DNA from: an uncultured Anaerolineaceae bacterium
GTDB taxonomy: Bacteria; Chloroflexota; Anaerolineae; Anaerolineales; Villigracilaceae
Direction: 5' to 3'
NCBI GenBank assembly: GCA_964403635.1
Contig: CAYOGW010000005.1
Span: 6,289 to 46,356, forward strand
Length of the DNA stretch: 40,068 bases
Every line of letters begins with the position of its first letter. Positions within the stretch are counted from its first letter, which is position 1. The notes below the pieces were generated by a model. It worked only from the letters and a program-made list of their open reading frames with translations. It searched no databases and was not told the origin of the DNA. This document shows, piece after piece, positions 34,159 to 40,068 of the stretch. The position numbers were made by a program, and so were the translations under genes.

Positions 34159-36036
34159 ATGGAAATTAAGTTTTATATTGCCATTCTTAAACGCTGGGCT
34201 TGGTTGCTCATCGCTGGCTTAATCATAAGCAGCTTATTGGGGTATGGTATTTCACTTTTAGAAACCCCCACCTACCAAGCCAGTACCAAAGCGTTGGTTA
34301 TGCGCCCTTCGCAAAATAACAGCACCGAATTGGGTTATTTATCTGACCAGCAATTGGTGCAAACCTTTATGCAGCTATTAACCACCACTCCAGTGGTCGA
34401 TACCGCATCGCAGCGATTAAGCTTCCCCATTGACCGAACCAAAATAACCGTTCAGCAAGTGCGCGATACCCAAGTGATTTTGGTAACAGTTGAAGACACC
34501 GAACCTTTACGCGCAGCCATGATTGCTAATGTGATGGTAGAAGTATTGGTCGAACAAAATGAAAACCTGCAATCTGGGCGATACCTTTCGATTGAAGAAT
34601 CATTAAACAGCCAAATTTCTCAAGTAGAAGCTCAAATTAACGAATTACAACTAGAAATTGACCAAATTTCTACTGCGCGCGTACAAGACCAAACCGACCA
34701 AATTCAGGCACAAATTAACACATTACAAAGCCAAATTGTGGCCTTAGAAAGTGAAAATGGGCGATTATCTGCCGCACCGGCACAAAACGCATCTCAAATT
34801 GCTGAAAATAATGCCCGCATTGCTCAAAGTAAATCCCTGCTCAATGTCTATCAAGAAATTTTTACCAACTTGGTCATTTTGGGTAAACCGGCAGAAAGTT
34901 CCGGGTCAGATTATGTCACCCGCTTACAATCTACCTTAAAACTATATCAAGAAATTTATTTGCAATTGCTCACCAACCTAGAGAATGTACGCCTTGCTCG
35001 GCTGCAAAACACCCCTAACTTGGTTCAAATTGAAAAAGCAGAAGTGCCTTTTATACCCATTAGCCCCAAGCCTTTTGTTAACATGGCCATTGCCGGAGCG
35101 ATTGGTTTAATGCTGGCCGCCAGCGGCGTGTTTATTTACGAATATTTAAATGACACACTGCGTACCCCTCATGATGTTGAGAAGATGCTCGACTTGCCAG
35201 TCTTAGGCTATATCTCAGAAATGACAAACACAGCCGAAAATAAAGTAACCGGTTTAACCGTTTTAGACCAGCCTCGGTCGCCCATTTCTGAAGCCTTTCG
35301 TGTGCTGCGAACTAATTTAGAATTCGCAGCAACGGACCAAGCCTTACAAACCCTGCTGGTTACCAGTTCACGCCCATCCGAAGGAAAAACAACCGTAGCC
35401 GCCAACCTAGCCGCCAGCTTTGCTCAGCGCGGAAAGCGCGTTTTATTGGTAGATTGTGACCTGCGCAGACCCGCAGTTCACCGCATCATGCGCATCCCAA
35501 ACCGAACCGGTTTAAGCACCCTCTTCCGCGGAGAAGTTCACCTCGATGCGGTAATCCGTAATATCGAAAACGGCATCACAGAAATTGGTGTTATTACCAG
35601 CGGAAGTATTCCCGCCAATCCCGCAGAGTTATTACAGTCGGACCGCATGTTAATGATTTTGGCAGAATTAAGAAACGCAGCCGATATTATCATATTAGAC
35701 AGCCCCCCCATTATGCTGGCAGATGCTCAAGTGTTAGCCGCTTTGGTAGATGGTGTAATTTTAGTGATGCAGCCCGGCCGCTCCAAAAACGAAGAATCTC
35801 GCTCCACTCTTGCGCAACTTAATCGCGCGGGCGCGCGGGTATTGGGTACTGTCTTTAATCGAATACCCAAAGACAACCGAGAATATTATGGCGGCTACCA
35901 ATACTATTCTACTGAAGGCTACGGGGCATACGCATCCCCTACTGACCGCCCTATCCAAACCATTTCTACCTATAAAGAGCCTTCTACCCGCCCGAACTTA
36001 AATCCAACCAACTCACATCGCCGATCCAATAGGTAA
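34159..36036 (+). CDS. wzc: Polysaccharide co-polymerase fused to bacterial tyrosine autokinase (Wzc-type; Wzz domain + BY-kinase + C-terminal Tyr cluster)
   Basis: TM1 'WAWLLIAGLIISSLLGYGISLL', a long coiled-coil ecto-domain, TM2 'MAIAGAIGLMLAASGVFIY'. Kinase Walker A 'SSRPSEGKTTVAANLAASFA', Walker A' 'VDCDLRRP', Walker B 'IILDSPP'. Tyr-rich tail 'EYYGGYQYYSTEGYGAY'. Confidence 0.85.
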   Translation: MEIKFYIAILKRWAWLLIAGLIISSLLGYGISLLETPTYQASTKALVMRPSQNNSTELGYLSDQQLVQTFMQLLTTTPVVDTASQRLSFPIDRTKITVQQVRDTQVILVTVEDTEPLRAAMIANVMVEVLVEQNENLQSGRYLSIEESLNSQISQVEAQINELQLEIDQISTARVQDQTDQIQAQINTLQSQIVALESENGRLSAAPAQNASQIAENNARIAQSKSLLNVYQEIFTNLVILGKPAESSGSDYVTRLQSTLKLYQEIYLQLLTNLENVRLARLQNTPNLVQIEKAEVPFIPISPKPFVNMAIAGAIGLMLAASGVFIYEYLNDTLRTPHDVEKMLDLPVLGYISEMTNTAENKVTGLTVLDQPRSPISEAFRVLRTNLEFAATDQALQTLLVTSSRPSEGKTTVAANLAASFAQRGKRVLLVDCDLRRPAVHRIMRIPNRTGLSTLFRGEVHLDAVIRNIENGITEIGVITSGSIPANPAELLQSDRMLMILAELRNAADIIILDSPPIMLADAQVLAALVDGVILVMQPGRSKNEESRSTLAQLNRAGARVLGTVFNRIPKDNREYYGGYQYYSTEGYGAYASPTDRPIQTISTYKEPSTRPNLNPTNSHRRSNR

Positions 36037-36041
36037 CCCGT

Positions 36042-36545
36042 ATGCCATCTGTATTATTTGTCTGCCGCGCCAATCAATTTCGTTCTCCCATCGCGGCAGC
36101 GTGTTTTGAAAGAAAATTAAAAAGCCTAAACTGGAAACAAACTTGGGTCATTGACAGCGCTGGTACTTGGGCGTCAGATGGCCTAGCTGTTGCAGCCTTA
36201 CCCAAACAAGTTGCCAACCAATTAGGGCTTTCATTAGAAACTCATATTGCGAACTTAATCACTGCCGAGTTATTAGAAAAATTTGACTTAATTCTGGTGA
36301 TGGAAGATGGACAAAAAGAAGCCCTGTGGGTTGAATTTCCTGAAGCACAGAACAGAATTAAAATGTTAACCGAATTAGTTAGCAATGAAAGCTATAACAT
36401 CATCGACCCAGATGGCGAAAGCCTAGAGTTTAGCCAAGCCCTCGCCGAAGAAATATGCCGATTAATTGAAAGTGGATTTTTTAGAATTGTTACACAAGCC
36501 TTAACGCTACACAGTATGCGCTTAAAAACACAAGTCTTTAATTAA
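36042..36545 (+). CDS. Low-molecular-weight protein tyrosine phosphatase (Wzb-like)
   Basis: P-loop 'VLFVCRANQFRSPIA' (C-x5-R-S) and the Asp loop 'IIDPDG'. 167 aa, immediately after the BY-kinase gene. Confidence 0.7.
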   Translation: MPSVLFVCRANQFRSPIAAACFERKLKSLNWKQTWVIDSAGTWASDGLAVAALPKQVANQLGLSLETHIANLITAELLEKFDLILVMEDGQKEALWVEFPEAQNRIKMLTELVSNESYNIIDPDGESLEFSQALAEEICRLIESGFFRIVTQALTLHSMRLKTQVFN

Positions 36546-36557
36546 GCAGGAGTAAAA

Positions 36558-37571
36558 ATGAAAATCTCATCAAACACTTGGTTACTTTTTACCTTAATCG
36601 CTTTAGTCGCTTCGGCTTGTATCGGTGGCTTTATATTTGTAAGCCAGTTTTTGCAAACAGGCGCACCCCTTAACGTAAACACCAACCCAACCCTACTGCC
36701 TACCACAGTGGCATTAACTGTGCTTAATACACCTACCTTGGTAGCAGAAAATACGGCTACATCCATCCCACCGGTAGGCACTTGTGGACAAACCGGAAAA
36801 AATCAAGTCTTAATTGTCGTTTTTGCCAGCGCTGGTGAAGAGCCTGTCGGATCAGAAGCCATTTATCTAATTCAAGCCAATTATGCCAACCCACAAATTA
36901 AAGGGCTTGCCTTCGACCGTGAATTAACGGTACAAACCCCCAGCCAATCAGGCTACCCAAGTAGCACTGCCAAATTAAACGACCTGTATAATTTTCGCTT
37001 AAACCAATTCGGCGGCGTAAGCCAACCACAAGCCCACCCCGGCGCTGTAAATTTAATCTCGCAGGCTATTTTTGACAATTATGGTTTAGTACCTAATAAT
37101 TACATTGCCTTTGATGCCTTAATGTTGCCCAACATTGTTAATGCCATTGGCGGGCTGGATGTAAACCTTCCGGCTGCCTACCGATACGGTGCTTTTTCTG
37201 TTCCTGCAGGCGTTCAAAAATGGAATGGAGCAACCACCCTTGCTTATGTCAGCGCCTTGGCAGATAACGAAACAGAAGTTCAGCGGCGTGAAAGGCAAAT
37301 ATTGGTATTAAACGCTTTATTGCTGAACCCAACCTTTATTGGTCGCTTACCAGAATTAACTGACCGAATTAAAAACAGCATCATCACCGATTTAGATGCC
37401 ACCCAAATTACCAACCTAGCCTGCTTAGCCAGCCAACTGGGCTCCTTTGATGCCCCCATTACAAGCGTCAATGGGGATAATGGCGTCCGAAAGCCAGATG
37501 GCAGTATTTCATTCTTTTTAGCAAGTGATTTAAAAGCCTATCTTCTGGAGTGGCAAGGGCAACTCCCTTAA
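36558..37571 (+). CDS. LytR-CpsA-Psr (LCP) family glycopolymer-to-peptidoglycan ligase
   Basis: N-terminal TM anchor, then 'VLIVVFASAGEE...AIYLIQANYAN' and 'AYVSALADNE...ERQILVLNALL', consistent with the LCP catalytic domain pattern (moderate similarity). SD 'aggagt' upstream. Confidence 0.55.
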   Translation: MKISSNTWLLFTLIALVASACIGGFIFVSQFLQTGAPLNVNTNPTLLPTTVALTVLNTPTLVAENTATSIPPVGTCGQTGKNQVLIVVFASAGEEPVGSEAIYLIQANYANPQIKGLAFDRELTVQTPSQSGYPSSTAKLNDLYNFRLNQFGGVSQPQAHPGAVNLISQAIFDNYGLVPNNYIAFDALMLPNIVNAIGGLDVNLPAAYRYGAFSVPAGVQKWNGATTLAYVSALADNETEVQRRERQILVLNALLLNPTFIGRLPELTDRIKNSIITDLDATQITNLACLASQLGSFDAPITSVNGDNGVRKPDGSISFFLASDLKAYLLEWQGQLP

Positions 37572-37583
37572 TTATCTCTAATT

Positions 37584-37620
37584 AAAATAAAGCATCACTC
37601 AAAAAGTGATGCTTTATTTT
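37584..37620. terminator. Bidirectional rho-independent terminator between the glycan cluster and the convergent surface-protein gene
   Basis: 'ataaagcatcac-tcaaaaa-gtgatgctttatttt': 10-12 bp stem with A/T tracts on both sides. Confidence 0.7.
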
Positions 37621-37635
37621 AATTAAGAATTGATA

Positions 37636-40068
37636 TTACTCAGTCTCAATTTTAATTAATACAGCCCGTACAACGGTACGATAGCGGTATGTTTTCGTTA
37701 TCGGGTCAAATTGCTGGCAAGTAATTAACGTAATCCAGTCATATTCTTCGTGTTTGGTTAGCAGCCGTGTATCAAAAGCAGTTACCAAACCATTCGTCCG
37801 AATAGCATAAGTGTATTTCTGACCATCAGCATGAATAACCACTGTATCGCCATATTTCAAATCTTTAATTAATGCAAATGGGCCGCTTAATCCATCAGCC
37901 GTGTACGAGTGAGCAGTAAGAACTGTGTTACCTTCCCAAGTTGGGTATGCCGTGCCTTCAAGCCAACCCACCGAACGATTAAGCCAGGTCAAATCCCATC
38001 CTTGTGCTTCTAAGGGAATTCCCGTAATAGCAGATTTGACATTTAAAGATGGAATCTCAATCCATAAGTTGCCCAAGGCTTGATAGGCTTTTTCGGCTGG
38101 CTGGGCTGGTAACTTGGTCACCACTCCTGGAGCAAATCCGGTTTCTGGGTTGCTACGCACTGAAATTAACACCGAGAATGTTAATTGTTGGTCTACACCG
38201 CCATTCAGTTCGTTCCCTGCCAAATCGACAATAGAAGTGGAACCACAAATAAATAATCGATAGGTTCCATTGGATAAGCCGAGCCCATTATTAATAGTTA
38301 CCTTCGCAATAGATGTATTGCTATCATAATCAACTGGTCCGGTTGGGATCAATACATCATCCCCAGCTACCGAACCGGAACAACTAACCGTATCAAATAC
38401 ATTATTTAATCCGCCATTGACCAAAAGGTAATTGGCGGGGTTGGTTACATCATCTGGGTCGCTATCACCAGCTGGGTCATACGCTTCTTCATTAAACTTC
38501 ACCCAAATTTCTGTGGGGTTTTTATTGATGGAAGAACCATTCACAATTAATGTGTTGTCTGGCAATGTAACGCCGCCAGCCATTACCTGAATACCAGTCG
38601 TATCTACATAAAAGACCCGCACGAAATCTGCTGGTAACGGATAACCAAATGAATCGGTGATTGTGTTTTTAACTGTCAGCGTATATTTACCTTCTGTCAG
38701 CGCAACACTACCATTGATATCTAAAGTAACCGTATCATTTAAATTATTGTAAGTAGCTGTATTAATCGTTATCGGGGTGGCGACATCTTTAATTAAGCTG
38801 TAATTACTGACATTCTCAGCATCTGCCGAAGTCATCGCTTTGTTAAATTCAACGATTAATTGGGTGATTGCAACAGCTGTATATTCATCTTCGCTTACCT
38901 GACCATCACCGGTATCTGCACTACTATCAATATTTATAACCCCAGCGGGGCCATCAACAATTAAGCTGAAAGATTGAATATCATCGCTGCCAACACCATT
39001 GGATGCGGTAATGGTTAATGGGTAACTCCCCGTTGTACTGGTAGCTGGCGTACCCGATAAGATAGCCGTACCATCCCCTTGGTCGACAAAGGTTAATCCG
39101 CTAGGAAGGCTGCCCGCTTTGGATAAAGCTGGTGTTGGTGAACCGGTTGTCGTGACGGTGAAGCTGCCAAATGCACCTTCTACCATAGTGAAGTTATCCG
39201 CGCTGGTAATGGCTGAAGCTTGATTAATCGTCAGAGTTAAGGTTTGAGATGCGTTTGGAGAAATACCATTGTTCCCGGTTAGGCTGAGCACATATACACC
39301 CGCATCACCAGATAATGGAGTACCACTTAATGTTGCCGAACCATCGCCATCATCTGTAAAGGTAATGCTGGCTGGTAAGGTTGGATTAATTAAAGCTGAA
39401 ATGGCTGCATCTGGGTAACCTGTAGTGGTGACATCAAAACTTTCGGAGGTGCCAACGGTGAAGGTGGTGGTATTGGCGTTTGTAAAGGTAGGCGCTAAAT
39501 TAACGGTCTGCGTAAGCACAGACGAGGTGCTAGTAGCAAAGGTGCTGTCTCCAGAATAGACGCCGCTGATTAAATGGGAGCCAGCTGAGAGCGTAGAAAG
39601 CCCAAGCGCGGCTTGTCCGCTACTATCGATTGTTTGAGTGCCAAGGCTGGTCGCGCCATCAAAAAACTCAACATTACCCGAAAGCGTTAAGGGCGAAGAT
39701 TCGCTGACAGTAACCGTAAATGTAACCACTTGCCCATAAACGGATGGATTTAAGTTAGAAACAACGCTGCTGCTGGTTGCCGTTTTATTGACTAAAACGC
39801 TATCACTACAATCGTTATTGGTTTCGTCTGATTCAGTTTGAACATCAATCGGGTCAATTACACATACGCCCGCAGCACGCGGATTATCATAATCACCGAT
39901 AGCCGAAGGCGTTACTGAAAAGGTGACATCGACTTCTCCGGTGGTATCTGCGATAGTTACAGACCCACCACTAGCGGTACAAGTGAGATTGCTGCTGACA
40001 TCAATGCTGCAGCTAATGCTGCCAGTGCCGCCGATGCCGCTTGGGTTGGCGGTGCTGACCGAACCATA
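37636..40068 (-). CDS. Large surface protein (N-terminus beyond window) with putative Ig (He_PIG-like) repeats and a C-terminal sortase catalytic domain
   Basis: Frame is open to the window end with no stop through 40068; the ORF-track 'M' at 39729 is a GTG. Repeats 'FTVGTSESFDVTTTGYP...SITFTDDGDGSATLSGTP' and 'FGSFTVTTTGSP...GLTFVDQGDGTAILSGTP' are putative Ig-type. C-terminal sortase motifs: 'WIEIPSLNV', 'NTVLTAHSY' (His) and 'ITLITCQQF' (TLxTC Cys), with Arg in 'YRYRTVVRAV'. Confidence 0.75.
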   Translation of the reverse strand, partial: YGSVSTANPSGIGGTGSISCSIDVSSNLTCTASGGSVTIADTTGEVDVTFSVTPSAIGDYDNPRAAGVCVIDPIDVQTESDETNNDCSDSVLVNKTATSSSVVSNLNPSVYGQVVTFTVTVSESSPLTLSGNVEFFDGATSLGTQTIDSSGQAALGLSTLSAGSHLISGVYSGDSTFATSTSSVLTQTVNLAPTFTNANTTTFTVGTSESFDVTTTGYPDAAISALINPTLPASITFTDDGDGSATLSGTPLSGDAGVYVLSLTGNNGISPNASQTLTLTINQASAITSADNFTMVEGAFGSFTVTTTGSPTPALSKAGSLPSGLTFVDQGDGTAILSGTPATSTTGSYPLTITASNGVGSDDIQSFSLIVDGPAGVINIDSSADTGDGQVSEDEYTAVAITQLIVEFNKAMTSADAENVSNYSLIKDVATPITINTATYNNLNDTVTLDINGSVALTEGKYTLTVKNTITDSFGYPLPADFVRVFYVDTTGIQVMAGGVTLPDNTLIVNGSSINKNPTEIWVKFNEEAYDPAGDSDPDDVTNPANYLLVNGGLNNVFDTVSCSGSVAGDDVLIPTGPVDYDSNTSIAKVTINNGLGLSNGTYRLFICGSTSIVDLAGNELNGGVDQQLTFSVLISVRSNPETGFAPGVVTKLPAQPAEKAYQALGNLWIEIPSLNVKSAITGIPLEAQGWDLTWLNRSVGWLEGTAYPTWEGNTVLTAHSYTADGLSGPFALIKDLKYGDTVVIHADGQKYTYAIRTNGLVTAFDTRLLTKHEEYDWITLITCQQFDPITKTYRYRTVVRAVLIKIETE

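Noticed and set aside
36042-36545. Alternative call of the LMW-PTP-fold protein as an ArsC-type arsenate reductase
   Set aside because: ArsC shares the CX5R P-loop, but the gene lies between a BY-kinase and an LCP gene with no ars genes nearby. A Wzb-like phosphatase is the better call, though not proven.
1-40068. Search for CRISPR arrays, tRNA/rRNA genes, transposases and integrases
   Set aside because: No direct-repeat/spacer periodicity was seen. No intergenic region long enough (over 70 nt) carries a cloverleaf-like sequence. No IS-like inverted repeats or recombinase motifs were found. The region looks like stable chromosome rather than a mobile island.

Overview
The window is 40 kb of bacterial chromosome with short intergenic gaps, frequent start/stop overlaps, several GTG starts, no rRNA, tRNA or CRISPR array, and no recognisable mobile element. 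Gene content suggests a monoderm, Chloroflexota-like organism, but this is inference only (isopentenyl phosphate kinase of the alternative mevalonate pathway, an LCP ligase, a sortase domain, a Ser/Thr kinase, leaderless-type promoters). Left part, 1-15.3 kb: a 5'-truncated Ser/Thr kinase; a minus-strand GH3 (NagZ-like) hydrolase and glycerophosphodiester phosphodiesterase pair; a MoxR/AAA_5-like ATPase; a small DPM1-like GT2; two tandem SPFH (band-7) membrane paralogs; pseudouridine-5'-phosphate glycosidase; a membrane protein with TPTITL repeats; isopentenyl phosphate kinase; a secreted acidic protein; a long-form formate-THF ligase. Right part, 15.3-37.6 kb: one co-directional glycan-assembly supercluster of about 22 kb and 19 genes. 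It holds a Wzm/Wzt ABC exporter whose Wzt has a C-terminal glycan-binding domain, three SAM methyltransferase domains, ten glycosyltransferase domains (GT4 and GT2), an unusual GT4 / LmbE(PIG-L) deacetylase / methyltransferase tri-domain protein, a Wzy_C (O-antigen ligase family) membrane protein, a GtrB-like polyprenyl-phosphate GT, an apparently circularly permuted large phosphoglycosyl transferase, a DegT sugar aminotransferase, a Wzc-type tyrosine autokinase, an LMW tyrosine phosphatase and an LCP-family ligase. The window ends in a large minus-strand surface protein (N-terminus off-window) made of putative Ig (He_PIG-like) repeats fused to a C-terminal sortase catalytic domain. The strongest candidates for something undescribed are the methylated-glycan assembly line that mixes ABC-dependent and Wzy/Wzc/LCP logic, especially the GT4-deacetylase-MTase fusion and the permuted PGT, and the sortase-fused giant surface protein next to it.
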